A stretch of DNA of 64,000 nt from an uncultured Candidatus Rokubacteria bacterium (lineage in GTDB: Bacteria > Methylomirabilota > Methylomirabilia > Rokubacteriales > CSP1-6): contig CAVWFS010000001.1 in assembly GCA_963754315.1 (NCBI GenBank), forward strand, positions 256,001-320,000, written 5' to 3'. A program made the translations under genes and the position numbers. This document shows positions 21,595 to 34,439 of the stretch, one piece after another. A model generated the notes under the pieces. That model saw only the letters and a program-made list of their open reading frames with translations, was not told the DNA's origin and did no database searches. Position 1 is the first letter of the stretch, and each line of letters starts with the position of its first letter.

Positions 21595-23262
21595 ATGCTT
21601 CGTCTTCACGTCAATCGCCGGCAATTCCTCAAGCACGCGGGATGGGGTGGCGCCGCTGCCACCGCCCTGATCGTCAGCCGCGGGCGCGCGTTCGCCCAGG
21701 CGCGGCCCTCGTACCCCGACTGGATTCCCCCCAGCACGAAGCCGCCGAAGCGCGGTGGAACCTTGGCCCGGGCCACGGCCTGGGATCCGCCCGTCCTCGA
21801 TCCACGGCTGACAAACTCGGTGGGCCTCTTCCAGATCGCGTCGCTCGTCTGCAACCGTCTCGTCCGCTATCCCTTCGCCGACGAGGCCAGCGGCACGGCC
21901 GACCTCACTCTCAAGGGCGATCTGGCCGAGTCGTGGCAGGGAAGCCCAGACTCGCGCGTGTGGACCTTCAAGCTGCGGCAGGGGGTCAAGTGGCAGAACG
22001 TGGCGCCCCTCAACGGACGCGAGTTCGTGGCGGCCGACGTCAAGTACTGCTACGAAGCGTACGCCAAGGAAGGTGTGCAGGCCTTCACCTTCCAGGAGAT
22101 CGAGGGGATCGAGACGCCGGACAAGTACACCGTCCGTATCCATCTCAAGTCGCCCAACGTCATGTTTCCCCAGAACCTGGCGGAAGCCGTCACCGTCATC
22201 TTCTCCCGCGAGGTGCTGGAGGAGGATGGCGACCTCAAGAAGCGCATGATCGGCACCGGGCCCTACGTCCTGAAAGAAAACACCCGCAAGGTCAAGGCGG
22301 TCCTCAGCCGGCATCCCGACTACTTCGACAAGGGACGCCCGTACATCGACGAGTACACCATCTTCTCCACCCCTGATACCGCCACCCGGACGGCGGCCTT
22401 CCGGACCGGCCAGAGCGACATCTTCCACGTCTCGAGCCTGGCCGACGTGGACACTCTCCGGAAGACGAACCCGGCCGCCGTGGTGGAGGAGTTCAAGTTC
22501 CTCCAGACGCCGTTCGGCCTGGCCCTCGCCCAGGACAGGCCTCCCTTCAACGACGTGCGCGTTCGCCGTGCGATCTCCATGGCGATCGATCGCCAGCGGC
22601 AGGTGGACACGATCTACGAGGGCCACGGGATTCTCGGCTGGGGAATTCCCTACATCTATTTTCAGGACACGCGACCCACGGCGGCCCAGCTCGGCCCCTG
22701 GTGGCAGTACAAGCCGGCCGAGGCGAAGAAGCTCCTGACGGAGGCGGGCCACGGCAAGGGCTTCGAGACCACCCTTTTCTACTACGAGTACTTCCCGCAG
22801 ATGACCTCTCAGGTCCAGCTGGTCCAGCAGGATCTCAAGCGCAACCTGAACATCGACGTCAAGATCACCAAGCTCGACTACACGACCTACTATGGCCGCT
22901 ACGCGGAAGGTAAGTGGGACGGGATGGCCTGGGGCTTCAAGACGGGCTATGCGGTGAGCCTCGACGAGCAGACCTATCAGTACATGCACTCCAAGTCGAC
23001 CAAGAACTATTTCCGCTTCGCCGATCCCGTCATCGACGAGCTGACCACCAAGCTACGTCAGACGCCGGAGCGCGCGGACCAGCGGGCCCTCACCAAGAGA
23101 ATCTTCGAGCGTGAGCACGACCAGGTGCTGAGGATGTGGATGCCGTACGATGCCGGCTTCCTCATCTGGCAGCCTCACCTACGCAACATCGGCGCGCTGG
23201 CCATCCGGCGCAGCGATGGCTACGGCTCCTCCACCCTCGCCCGCCTGTGGATCGACAAATAG
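21595..23262 (+). CDS. ABC substrate-binding protein family 5 (DppA/OppA-like), Tat signal
   Basis: NRRQFLK, GDLAESW, WTFKLRQGVKW, IGTGPY, DVRVRRAISMAIDR. Confidence 0.92.
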   Translation: MLRLHVNRRQFLKHAGWGGAAATALIVSRGRAFAQARPSYPDWIPPSTKPPKRGGTLARATAWDPPVLDPRLTNSVGLFQIASLVCNRLVRYPFADEASGTADLTLKGDLAESWQGSPDSRVWTFKLRQGVKWQNVAPLNGREFVAADVKYCYEAYAKEGVQAFTFQEIEGIETPDKYTVRIHLKSPNVMFPQNLAEAVTVIFSREVLEEDGDLKKRMIGTGPYVLKENTRKVKAVLSRHPDYFDKGRPYIDEYTIFSTPDTATRTAAFRTGQSDIFHVSSLADVDTLRKTNPAAVVEEFKFLQTPFGLALAQDRPPFNDVRVRRAISMAIDRQRQVDTIYEGHGILGWGIPYIYFQDTRPTAAQLGPWWQYKPAEAKKLLTEAGHGKGFETTLFYYEYFPQMTSQVQLVQQDLKRNLNIDVKITKLDYTTYYGRYAEGKWDGMAWGFKTGYAVSLDEQTYQYMHSKSTKNYFRFADPVIDELTTKLRQTPERADQRALTKRIFEREHDQVLRMWMPYDAGFLIWQPHLRNIGALAIRRSDGYGSSTLARLWIDK

Positions 23263-23273
23263 GGAACCACTGT

Positions 23274-23301
23274 GTGGGGGGCCCACCCGCGGGCCCCCCA
23301 C
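23274..23301 (+). terminator. Stem-loop after binding-protein gene
   Basis: GTGGGGGGCCC-acccgc-GGGCCCCCCAC perfect 11-bp stem. Confidence 0.6.
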
Positions 23302-23313
23302 GTCGATAGATCC

Positions 23314-23881
23314 ATGCACAAGTACGTGATCCGCCGGCTCCTGCTGGCCGTTCCCGTCTATGCCACGCCCCCCCCCCTCCCCGCCGACGCCTCCTGACCC
23401 CATTCCCGCCCTCGTGTTGACCCTGGCCATCGTCTCCGTGCTCCGCCCAAACACCACCAATGCCATGCTCGCCATCGCCATGGTCATCATCCCGGGCAAC
23501 TCGCGTATCGTGCGAGGCGCAGTGCTGTCGGCCAAGCAGAACCGCTACGTCGAGGCCGCGCACGCGCTCGGGTGTAAGCAGCCGCGTGTTGTCATCAGCC
23601 ACATCCTTCCAACGTGACGGCCCCGATCCTGATCATCGCGTCAATCTGGCTGGGCAACGCGATTCTCATCGAGGCGTCGCTCAGCTTCCTGGGGCTGGGA
23701 CCCAGCCGCCCATCCCGTCGTGGGGTTTGATGCTGAGTAGCACGGGCGGGCGTTCATGGAGCAGGCTCCAGGGCTCGCCGTTTTTCCGGGATTGGCCATC
23801 AGCCTGGCCGTTCTTGGGTTCAACCTCTTCGGCGACACGCTCCGCGACGCCTGGGACCCCAAGCTCCGTAGCCGCGGCTAG
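23314..23881 (+). pseudogene. dppB 5' end joined to dppC 3' half
   Basis: MHKYVIRRLLLAVPV, then C-run, then [38 protein letters not shown]. Confidence 0.75.
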
Positions 23882-25380
23882 CGCGCCAGCGCGCGCGCAG
23901 TTGCTGTAGCTCCGCCCGTACTTCCCCGAGCTCGGCGCGCAGCGCTTGCACCTCCGGCGCCGCATGCTCGCCGAGGTGGGCGAAGATCTGGATGGTTCCG
24001 TCTCGATCGGCGTCTTCCAGCGCGTAACCGATGATCCGGCACGCCTGGACGGCTTTCATGCCGTGACCGGGTGTGGAACTCGAGGTGATGGGATCGCCAC
24101 GACGGATGGGCCCGCTCTCCATGGTCACCTTGGCGGGGAAAGTAGCCATAGATCGCGAGCGGCAGATAGCGTTCGTTCGTCTTGTGGCCGTCGGCTCCAC
24201 CCCGAAGGGGTCGGCGACGAAACCCAGGAGCGTTGTGTCGCATGGCGTCTCCGTCTTGGCCACCACGAACGGCGCCCTGCTCGTCACCATAAGGATTGCG
24301 CCGCTCCGGTACGAGGCGCACCAGGTCAGCCGGCTTCGGGATAGCCGGCACTGGTGTCAATCGTCGGCACGTACTCCTTGGCCGACGCGCATCTCTGAGA
24401 AGTACACGCCCTGGCTGGTCGTCGCCCCGGCGGGAAGCGCGGGTATATGCACACATGACCGAAGTCGTACTCACCATCGGCCAGAGGCCGTAGCCGCGAA
24501 ATGGCCGCCAGGCCGTCGGGCTCGAGGACGAAGCGGACGTCGCCGCCGTTCTGGATGGTGAACACGCTGGCGGCCGTCTGCTCCAGGATGAGTGGCCACG
24601 AGGCTCCCCGGGTCAGGCGCAGGTTCCCGGCATGGATGTGCAAGCGGTCGCCAGGATCGGTGGTGCCGATGCCGATATCGCCGCTGGTCTTGATGCGCAT
24701 CCACTCGGTCAACGTGGGGACCAGAGCGTGCTTGGTCAGGAACGCGATCTCCCTGGTGCGCCGTCTGGTCGGTGAACCCGTCGAACATGATCCGGGCAGA
24801 AGATGCCGTGCTCGTCCGCTTGATGAGGTCGATGAAGGCGTCGTCTCCCGCGCCGCTGACGAGCAGGTGCGTTGCCCGTTGGTGTGAACGCGGGCGGCGC
24901 CGGCGACCTCCAGACGGTGGCCGGGCGTGGAGGTCCCGACCCGACGTTGCCGTCGGCGGCGACCGTGAGCCGGTCGATGTTTCGGATGCGCAGCCTCAGG
25001 TCGACGGGCGAGTCAGGAACGTTCGTCCTTGCTCGTTGCCGCTCACGCCCTGCAGGAGGGCTAGTTCTCCGGGGCCGACTGGACCAGCGCATTGGTGCCC
25101 AGAAAACGTAGGCGTTGTTGGCGGGCCACGGCCCCGTGGTGGCTCGGCCCGCCTGGTCCGCCGTTCACGTCCAGCAGCTCGGCCGGTGTGTCGTTCCGAT
25201 CCGACGCTCCCCGCGGCGTCGATCCAGAGCGCGTTGGTCGGGGAGCCGTCGCGGCGACGAGAGAGTTGTTCGGTGGGTGAGCGTCGACCGCATCCGCTGG
25301 TTGGCGACGAGGATCAGCGCGGTGAACATCAAGAGCAAGCCGATGACGGCGCAGGGTCCATTCGACAGGATTCGTCTCAT
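23878..25380 (-). CDS. Secreted tail-fibre/adhesin-like protein with GIGTT repeats (many frameshifts)
   Basis: Hydrophobic N-terminus with [35 protein letters not shown]-terminal [28 protein letters not shown] and coiled coil. Confidence 0.6.
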
Positions 25381-25508
25381 GTGCACCTCCTGGGGTGACG
25401 TCGCTCGCTCGCGCCCCGAGTCAGCGCCGCCGAGGCGCCGTTCCTGGGGCCGGGGCTCTCGCGTGGCTGATCGTATGGGATACTCTCGGCAGTGTCGACG
25501 CGGGAGGG

Positions 25509-26588
25509 ATGGACGTCATGACGAGCCCCATCATCACCGAGGCCGTGCGGGTGCTGGTGGACCGCCGCGACCTCACCCGGATAGAAGCAGCGGCGGCCAT
25601 GGAAGCGATCATGACCGGCGCGGCCACCCACGCGCAGATCGCCGCCTTCCTGACCGCCTTGCGTATGAAGGGCGAGACCGTCGAGGAGCTCATCGGGTTC
25701 GCCCAGGTCATGCGGCAGAAGGTCGTGCGCGTGCGGACGCGCGGCGAAGAGGTGGCCGCCCTCACCGGTACCGATCGCGAGATGCTGCTCGACACTGCCG
25801 GTACCGGCGGTGACGCGGCGGGAACGTTCAATGTGTCCACCGCGACCGCCTTCGTGCTGGCTGGGGCCGGCCTGCGGGTCGCCAAGCACGGCAACCGCTC
25901 CGTGTCCTCGCTGTGCGGGTCAGCCGACGTGGTGGAAACCCTTGGTGTCAGCCTCGAGCTGACGCCGGCCCAGGTGGCGCGGTGCATCGACGAGGTGGGT
26001 ATCGGGTTTCTCTACGCGCCGCTCTTGCACACGGCCATGAAGCACGTCATGCCGGCCCGGCGCGAGATGGGAATCAGGACCGTGTTCAATATGCTAGGGC
26101 CCCTCACCAATCCCGCCGCTGCTAACGCCCAGATCATCGGGGTCTACGCCTCCGACTTGACGGAACCGCTGGCCCGTGTTCTTGCCGAGCTGGGAACCGT
26201 TCGGGCCTTCGTCGTACACGGGGCCGATGGCCTCGATGAGATCTCGAATACCGGTGAGAGTCGTCTCTCCGAGGTGCGCGAGGGTGTGGTGCGGACCTTT
26301 ACCCTCAAACCCGAGGACTTCGGCCTCCCCCGCGCGAGCATCGCCGACCTCCGTGGTGGCGACCGCGAGCAGAACGCGGAGATTATCAAGGGTATTCTGG
26401 CCGGGGAGGACGGCCCGAAGCGTGACATCGTGCTCATGAACGCCGCCGCCGCCCTCGTGGCGGGTGGCAAAGCGCCTGATCTCAAGGAGGGGGTGGCCCT
26501 GGCCGCGCACTCCATCGATAGCCGCGCTGCCCAGGCTACCCTCGAGCGCCTCGTTACCCTCAGTCACGGGCTGGCGCGCCCCGCGTAG
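25509..26588 (+). CDS. trpD: Anthranilate phosphoribosyltransferase
   Basis: DTAGTGGD, FNVST, AKHGNRSVSS..GSAD, RTVFNMLGPLTNP, GLDE. Confidence 0.95.
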   Translation: MDVMTSPIITEAVRVLVDRRDLTRIEAAAAMEAIMTGAATHAQIAAFLTALRMKGETVEELIGFAQVMRQKVVRVRTRGEEVAALTGTDREMLLDTAGTGGDAAGTFNVSTATAFVLAGAGLRVAKHGNRSVSSLCGSADVVETLGVSLELTPAQVARCIDEVGIGFLYAPLLHTAMKHVMPARREMGIRTVFNMLGPLTNPAAANAQIIGVYASDLTEPLARVLAELGTVRAFVVHGADGLDEISNTGESRLSEVREGVVRTFTLKPEDFGLPRASIADLRGGDREQNAEIIKGILAGEDGPKRDIVLMNAAAALVAGGKAPDLKEGVALAAHSIDSRAAQATLERLVTLSHGLARPA

Positions 26589-26746
26589 TCCGCGTCGACG
26601 GGCCCTTGCGCCAATAGGGGACGGGGCTCTACACTGAGAGCAGGCTGCGCGGCCCGTGAAGCGCCTTTAGTCTCGTTCCTGACGCTCTTCACCTCGCCGG
26701 AGCGGCCTCCATCGGGTGTTCTAGAACACCGACAGAGGAGTCGGCA

Positions 26747-27493
26747 TTGAACGGGTGGGTCCCCCGGTATCAGCAGATCGCCGATGCGCTTCGCGATCAG
26801 ATTCGGCGCGGCGATCTGACACCAGGAGCCCGCCTCGATACCCAGCGCGCGCTCGCTCGACGCTTCGAGGTGACGCTCATGACTTTGCGTCAGGCGCTCG
26901 AGGTGCTCGAGCGCGAGCAACTCATAGAGCGGCGACACGGACTCGGAACCTTCGTGGCGACGCCCTCGATCGACTACGACATTCTCCAACTGCGCCGGTT
27001 GGCTGCTGATCTGAGTGCGCAGGGTGAAGATGTGACCACCCGGGTCCTCGGAGTACGCTTTGTCACACCTGAGCGGACGGCGGCGACCCTGCTGTGCCTG
27101 CCGCCTCACTCGCGCGTGCTGCAGCTCGAGCGCCTGCGCCTGGTGGGGGGACGACCCATGAGCTTGCAGCGCTCGCTGCTGCCCGCACGCATCGGCGAGG
27201 AGGTGGCGAAGGCCGATCTCGGCGTCACACCCCTGCACGAGGTTCTCGAGTTCAAGCTCGGCATTACCATCGAGCGAGCCACGGAGAGCGTGTCGGCCGT
27301 GCGGCTGCCCGCTCGGGCTGCCCGCGAGCTGGGCTGTCATCCAGGGGTGGCCGCCTTCGAATCCGAACGGGTGTCCTACGACGCAAGCGGGGGACCCGTG
27401 GTCTTCGATCACGTTCTGATCCCGGGCGATCGCTTTCGCATCACCCGGGAGCTCAACTACGAACCGCCATTGTCGAAAGGAGCGCGTGCATGA
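26747..27493 (+). CDS. GntR-family regulator (HutC/UTRA)
   Basis: YQQIADALRDQI, TLRQAL, RRHGLGTFV, C-terminal UTRA-like domain. Confidence 0.9.
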   Translation: MNGWVPRYQQIADALRDQIRRGDLTPGARLDTQRALARRFEVTLMTLRQALEVLEREQLIERRHGLGTFVATPSIDYDILQLRRLAADLSAQGEDVTTRVLGVRFVTPERTAATLLCLPPHSRVLQLERLRLVGGRPMSLQRSLLPARIGEEVAKADLGVTPLHEVLEFKLGITIERATESVSAVRLPARAARELGCHPGVAAFESERVSYDASGGPVVFDHVLIPGDRFRITRELNYEPPLSKGARA

Positions 27494-28270
27494 AGATCGT
27501 TGTCTGTATCAAGCAGGTGCCCGACACGGCGACGCAGATCAAGATCGCCGCCGGCGGCAAGGCTATCGAGACGACCGGCATCACCTGGATCGTCTCCCCT
27601 TATGACGAGTTCGCCGTGGAGGAGGCCCTGCGCATCAAGGAAAAGCGTGGCCAAGGCGAAGTGGTGATCGTCGCGCTCGGCCCCGATCGCGCCAAGGAGG
27701 CACTGCGCTCGGCCCTGGCCATGGGCGCGGATCGCGCCCTTCACCTGAATGATCCCGCCTGGGCGGAGGCCGATACCTTGACCACGGCGCGGGCGCTGGC
27801 AGCCGCCATCAAGCAGGAGGGGCCGGCTCTCGTGCTGTGCGGGCGTCAGGCGATCGACGACGACATGGGGGCGGTGGGCGCCCAGATCGCCGAGATTCTC
27901 GACTGGCCGTGCGCAGCGTGGATCATGGAAGAGTCGGTCGACGCCGACGGGAAAACGATCCGCGTCGGACGCCAGGTGGAAGGGGGACTCGAGATCTTCG
28001 ATCTGCCCCTGCCGGCCGTGGTCTCCGCCCAGAAAGGGCTCAATGAGCCGCGCTATCCGACCCTGAAGGGCATCATGGGCGCCAAGCGAAAAGAGGTCAA
28101 AGACCTCAAGGCGAGCGATCTGGGCCTCGGCTCCGACGGCCCCCAGCTGAGCCTCGTCGAGTTCGAAGCACTACCGCCGCGGCCGCCGGGACGCGTGATC
28201 CAGGGGGATGATACCGGTCGCAGTGAAGGAGCTGGTCCGCGCGTTGCGCGAAGACGCCAAAGCGATCTGA
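27490..28270 (+). CDS. etfB: Electron transfer flavoprotein beta subunit (frameshift near 28210)
   Basis: MKIVVCIKQVPD, DEFAVEEAL, ALAMGAD, GRQAIDDD, NEPRYP. Confidence 0.92.
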
Positions 28271-28285
28271 GGGGGCTGAACAGAC

Positions 28286-29269
28286 ATGGCTGGCGCGATC
28301 TGGTGCGTTGTCGAAGACGATCGAAAGGGTTCGCCGAAGAAGGTGATGTCGGAGGTCCTGGGGGAAGCGACGCGGCTCGGCCTGGGTCCGGTGGAGGCGG
28401 TGTGGCTGACGGACACGGCGACGGAGGCGGCGCTCGCGCAGCTGGGCGCATGGGGTGCGAGCCGGGTCGTGCTGCTCGAGAACGCGGCTCTGGCGCCGTA
28501 CCGGGCCGAGGTGTGGGCGCGAGCTCTCGCCGATCTGGCCGCCAAGGAGTTGCCCAAGGCGATCCTGGCTCCCGTCACCAGCCGGCAACGAGAGCTGATG
28601 GCACGGCTCGCCGCGCGTCTCGGCACGGGCCTGGCGGCCGACTGCGTGAGTCTGGCCGCGCGCGGTGACGGGCTGATCGCCACGCGGCCGGTCTACGCCG
28701 GCAAGCTGCTGTCGAAAGTGACGTGGGCGAAGAGCCCGTGGGTGGCCACCTTGCGTCCCAACGTGTTTCGTCCCGCCGATGAGCAACCGGGCAAGGTGGC
28801 GACGGTGGACCGGCCGGCCATCAGCATGCCGTCCGCGACCATGAAGTTCGTGGAGCGGCGCGAGGAGGCCACCACCGGGCTTCCCGAGCTGACCGAGGCA
28901 GAAATCGTCATCTCGGGAGGACGCGGGATGAAAGGTCCCGAAAACTACGTCATCCTCGAGGAGATGGCCGGTGTCATCGGGGCCGCCGTGGGCGCCTCGC
29001 GGGCCGCCGTCGACGCAGGCTGGCGGCCGCATCGCTTCCAGATCGGCCAGACGGGGCGGACGATCTCGCCCAAGCTCTACATGGGCTTCGGAGTGTCGGG
29101 CGCCATTCAGCACCTCGCCGGCATGCGCACCTCCAAGGTCATCGTCGCCGTGAACAAGGATCCCGAGGCGCCGATCTTCAAGATCGCCGATTACGGGATC
29201 GTGGGCGACCTCTTCGAGGTGGTGCCCGCCCTCACTCAGGAGCTGAAGAAGCTGAAGGAGCAATCGTAG
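28286..29269 (+). CDS. etfA: Electron transfer flavoprotein alpha subunit
   Basis: SGGRG, GASRAAVDAG, QIGQTG, GVSGAIQHLAGM. Confidence 0.95.
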   Translation: MAGAIWCVVEDDRKGSPKKVMSEVLGEATRLGLGPVEAVWLTDTATEAALAQLGAWGASRVVLLENAALAPYRAEVWARALADLAAKELPKAILAPVTSRQRELMARLAARLGTGLAADCVSLAARGDGLIATRPVYAGKLLSKVTWAKSPWVATLRPNVFRPADEQPGKVATVDRPAISMPSATMKFVERREEATTGLPELTEAEIVISGGRGMKGPENYVILEEMAGVIGAAVGASRAAVDAGWRPHRFQIGQTGRTISPKLYMGFGVSGAIQHLAGMRTSKVIVAVNKDPEAPIFKIADYGIVGDLFEVVPALTQELKKLKEQS

Positions 29270-29281
29270 GACGGAGACGCG

Positions 29282-30426
29282 ATGAGGCTCGAACTGACCC
29301 CCGAACAGCAGATGATCCAGGCGATGGCGCGGGAGTTCGCCGAGAACGAAGTCCGGCCCATCGCCGGTGAGCTCGACCGCGACGCGCGATTTCCCCACGA
29401 GACCGTCAAGCGGATGGGAGAGCTTGGGCTCATGGGTATTACGGTGTCCGAAGAGTGGGGGGGCAGCGGCGCCGATACCGTCTCCTACGTGGTGGCCGTG
29501 GTGGAAATCGCCAAGGCGTGCGCCTCTCACGCCGCCATCATGTCCGTCAACAACTCTCTCTACTGCGGTGCCATCCAGCGGTTCGGGTCCCACGCGCAGA
29601 AGGAGGAATTCCTGAGACCCGCCGCCTCCGGGCGCGAGATCGGCTGCTTCGCCCTCACCGAGCCCGAGGCGGGATCGGACGCCACCAATCAGAACACCCT
29701 GGCCCGGCGCGAGGGCGATCACTACCGCCTCAGCGGGCGAAAGATCTTCGTGACCAACGGCCGCGAGTCATCGGCCGCGTTCGTCGTGGCCCAGACCGAT
29801 CGCGCGCAGGGCCGGCACGGCATCTCCGCCTTCCTCGTCCGCAAGGGCACACCGGGCTTCGAGGTGGTGAAGACCGAGGACAAGCTCGGGCTGCGGGCTT
29901 CCGACACGGCGGAGTTTCTCTTCACCGACTGCCGGGTGCCGGCGGCGTGGCGGCTGGGCGAGGAAGGGCAGGGCTTCAAGATCGCCATGTCGGTGCTCGA
30001 CACGGGACGAATCGGCATCGCGGCCCAAGCGCTGGGTATTGCCGAGGGGGCTTACGAGCGTTCCCGCGCCTACGCCGGGGAGCGGAAATCCTTCGGCGTA
30101 GCGATCGGGCAGCATCAGATGGTGCAGTGGATGCTCGCCGACATGGCAACGGCCATCGAGGCGGCGCGTCTGCTCACTCTCCGCGCGGCCTGGCTTCGGG
30201 ACGCCGGACAACCATACGGAACGGCCGCGGCCCAGGCCAAGCTCTTCGCGTCCGAGATGGCTATGAAAGTGGCCTCGGACGCGGTGCAGGTGCACGGGGG
30301 CTACGGCTACATCAGGGAGTACGAGGTGGAGCGATCCTTGCGCGATGCCAAGATCACGCAGATCTATGAGGGAACGTCGCAGATCCAGAAGCTCGTGATC
30401 GCGCGCGACGTGCTGGGAGGCAAGGC

Positions 30427-30430
<4 letters not shown>
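29282..30430 (+). CDS. Short-chain (butyryl-CoA-type) acyl-CoA dehydrogenase
   Basis: [40 protein letters not shown]. Confidence 0.92.
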
Positions 30431-32028
<1,598 letters not shown>

Positions 32029-32044
32029 GGGGGGATTGTTTGAA

Positions 32045-32232
32045 GGGGGGCCTCGAAGGGCCCCCCTGGCCCCCCGGGGCGGCTCGGGGACGTCCCGGGG
32101 GACCCGTGACGCCCCTCGGGAATGCGCTGAGGGTTTGGGGGCCTCGAAGGGCCCTCCTGGCCCTCGGGGTCGGGGAGTCCCGGGGGCCGTGACGCCCCTC
32201 GGGAATGCGCTGAGGGCTTGGGGGCCTCGAGG
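32045..32232 (+). repeat. Two-hairpin repeat family, two tandem copies plus partial third
   Basis: GGGGGCCTCGA at ~32046, 32137 and 32220; GTGACGCCCCTCGGGAATGCGCTGAGGG occurs twice. Confidence 0.8.
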
Positions 32233-32271
32233 GTTGGGTGCCGTGACGGAACGGGCGGGTGGGAGGTAGGG

Positions 32272-32862
32272 ATGAGTGTGACGGAGGTGTCGCCGGAGCG
32301 GGCGAGGGCTCTTGAGTATCTGACCGTGCGGGCGGAGGGGATGAGTGCGCGGGAGATTCGGGCGCGCGTTCGGGCGGCGGTGGCGGATTTTGACGCGGCG
32401 CTGGAGGGAGTCGACGCGCGAGCGGCCCGGGCGGAGGCGCCCGTCGGCCAGTGGAACATCGCCCAGGTCGTCGATCACGTCGCGCAGACGACGATCCGCG
32501 TGGCCGAGGAGTTACGCCATCTGCTCGAGGGGCGCCGGCCGCCGGGTCCGCCCGTTTACGACGCGCTGACCTCGGGAGCCGCCCAGTGGGCGCCTTGGCC
32601 CGATCTCCAAGAGGGACTGCGGTCGGCCAACCTCGAGGTTGACGCGCTGCTAGGGCGCGCCGTGGAGCATGAGCCGGCGACGGTGGCGACTGCCCGGACG
32701 ATCTTGGTCTTCAACCGCACACGTCCCGACGGGGGCGTGGAGCCGGAGACGTTCGAGGCCGAGCTGCCTTGGAAGGGTTATGCCATGGTGCAGCGACTAC
32801 ATCTGCTCGATCACCGCACACAGATCCGGACGCTGCGCAGGGAAGGGGAGAGACGCTCATGA
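32272..32862 (+). CDS. DinB-like protein
   Basis: GQWNIAQVVDHV and RLHLLDHRTQI histidine pattern. Confidence 0.7.
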   Translation: MSVTEVSPERARALEYLTVRAEGMSAREIRARVRAAVADFDAALEGVDARAARAEAPVGQWNIAQVVDHVAQTTIRVAEELRHLLEGRRPPGPPVYDALTSGAAQWAPWPDLQEGLRSANLEVDALLGRAVEHEPATVATARTILVFNRTRPDGGVEPETFEAELPWKGYAMVQRLHLLDHRTQIRTLRREGERRS

Positions 32863-33927
32863 CTGACGCGATCCGCACCAGCCTGGCCACCACCCGCAAG
32901 CCCAAGCCGAAGGACAGCGAGCTGACCTTCGGAACTGTGTTCACCGACCACATGTTCGTGGCCGACTTTCAAGAGGAGAAAGGGCTGGTATGACCCGCGC
33001 GTGGAGCCCTACGGACCGCTCAGCCTCGATCCGGCGTGCGCGGTGCTGCACTACGCTCAGGCCATCTTCGATGGGCTGAAGGCCTTCCGGGGTGCGGACG
33101 GCAAGATCCGCCTGTTCCGGCCCCAGAAGCATGTCGAGCGGATGAATACCTCGGCGCGGCGACTGTGCATACCGCCCCTCGACCCGGAGCTTGCGCTGCG
33201 GTCCCTGAGCACCGTGGTGGGAGTCGATCGTGACTGGGTGCCGAGCACGCGGGGGACGTCGCTCTACATCCGGCCCACCATCATCGCCAGCGAAGCCTTC
33301 CTGGGCGTGCGCCCGGCCAAGCAATACATCTACTTCGTGATCCTGTCGCCGGTCGGGGCCTACTACCCCGAGGGGATGAATCCGGTCAAGATCCTGACCG
33401 AGGAGCACCACGTCCGCGCCGTGGAGGGCGGAGTGGGCGGAGCCAAGACAGGTGCCAACTACGCGGCAAGCCTCCTCGCGGCTGAGGAGGCCAAGCACAA
33501 GGGTTACACCCAGGTGCTGTGGCTGGATGGCCGGCAGCGTCGGTACATCGACGAGGTCGGCACCATGAACATCATGATCCGGATAGGCGACGAGGTGGTC
33601 ACGCCGCCCCTGTCCGGCACGATCCTGGCGGGTGTCACGCGGGACTCCGTGCTGACGTTGCTGCACGACTGGGGCATCACCGTCTCGGAGCGCCAGATCG
33701 ACATCGACGAAGTGGTGGCAGCGGCAGCCGACGGAACTCTCAAGGAGATGTGGGGGACGGGAACGGCGGCCGTCATCTCGCCAGTCGGCGAACTCGCCGT
33801 CAAGCAGCACCGGCTCGTGATCAACGGCGGACGCATCGGCGAGCTGACCCAGCGCCTCTACGACACGATCGTCGGCATCCAGTACGGCACGGTGCCCGAT
33901 GCCCACCGCTGGACGGTCGAGGTCTAG
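32859..33927 (+). CDS. ilvE: Branched-chain amino acid aminotransferase (frameshift near 32980)
   Basis: FGTVFTDHM, LHYAQAIF, LYIRP, KTGANYA, EVGTMN, ILAGVTR, GTAAVI. Confidence 0.92.
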
Positions 33928-33932
33928 CACGG

Positions 33933-34439
33933 GTGATCCATTCCGTGGGGGACTTCATCCGATACTTCGAAGGTGTCCGCCGTCGCACGCGCTCGGTGAT
34001 CGAGCAGGTGACGCCGGACCTGTTGAACTGGCGTCCGCGCCCCGGTGAATTCACGTGCGGCGATATCGTGCGCCATCTGGCAGGAGCCGAGCGGTTCTTC
34101 GTGACCAAGGTCCTGGAAGACCGATGGACGTCCGACCTCGATCCAGGGCCGCCCCTCGATCACGGTGCGACGAGGACCCATCTCGACGAGGTGCATCGCG
34201 CCGAGATGAGCCGATTGGCTGAGTTGCCTGACGCGCGCCTGCAGGCGTCCATGCGCGACCTGGATGGTGGTCAGGTGAAGACGTGGCGTTTGCTCATGGC
34301 CATGGTCGAGCACGAAGTCCATCATCGGAGCCAGCTCGACTCATACCTGGCCGAGGCCGGCGTGGAGCCCCCGCAGCTCTACGGCTACCGGATGGAAGAG
34401 GTCCTCGCCCGGGCGGAGCGTCGCGAGGAGCGCGTATGA
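33933..34439 (+). CDS. DinB family protein
   Basis: WRP..FTCGDIVRHL, MVEHEVHHRSQL. Confidence 0.85.
   Translation: MIHSVGDFIRYFEGVRRRTRSVIEQVTPDLLNWRPRPGEFTCGDIVRHLAGAERFFVTKVLEDRWTSDLDPGPPLDHGATRTHLDEVHRAEMSRLAELPDARLQASMRDLDGGQVKTWRLLMAMVEHEVHHRSQLDSYLAEAGVEPPQLYGYRMEEVLARAERREERV

Noticed and set aside
23878..25380. Prophage remnant
   Set aside because: No other phage genes, integrase or att-like sites; the protein has a signal-like N-terminus
25380..25510. trp attenuator or leader peptide upstream of trpD
   Set aside because: No tandem-Trp leader peptide or terminator structure recognised
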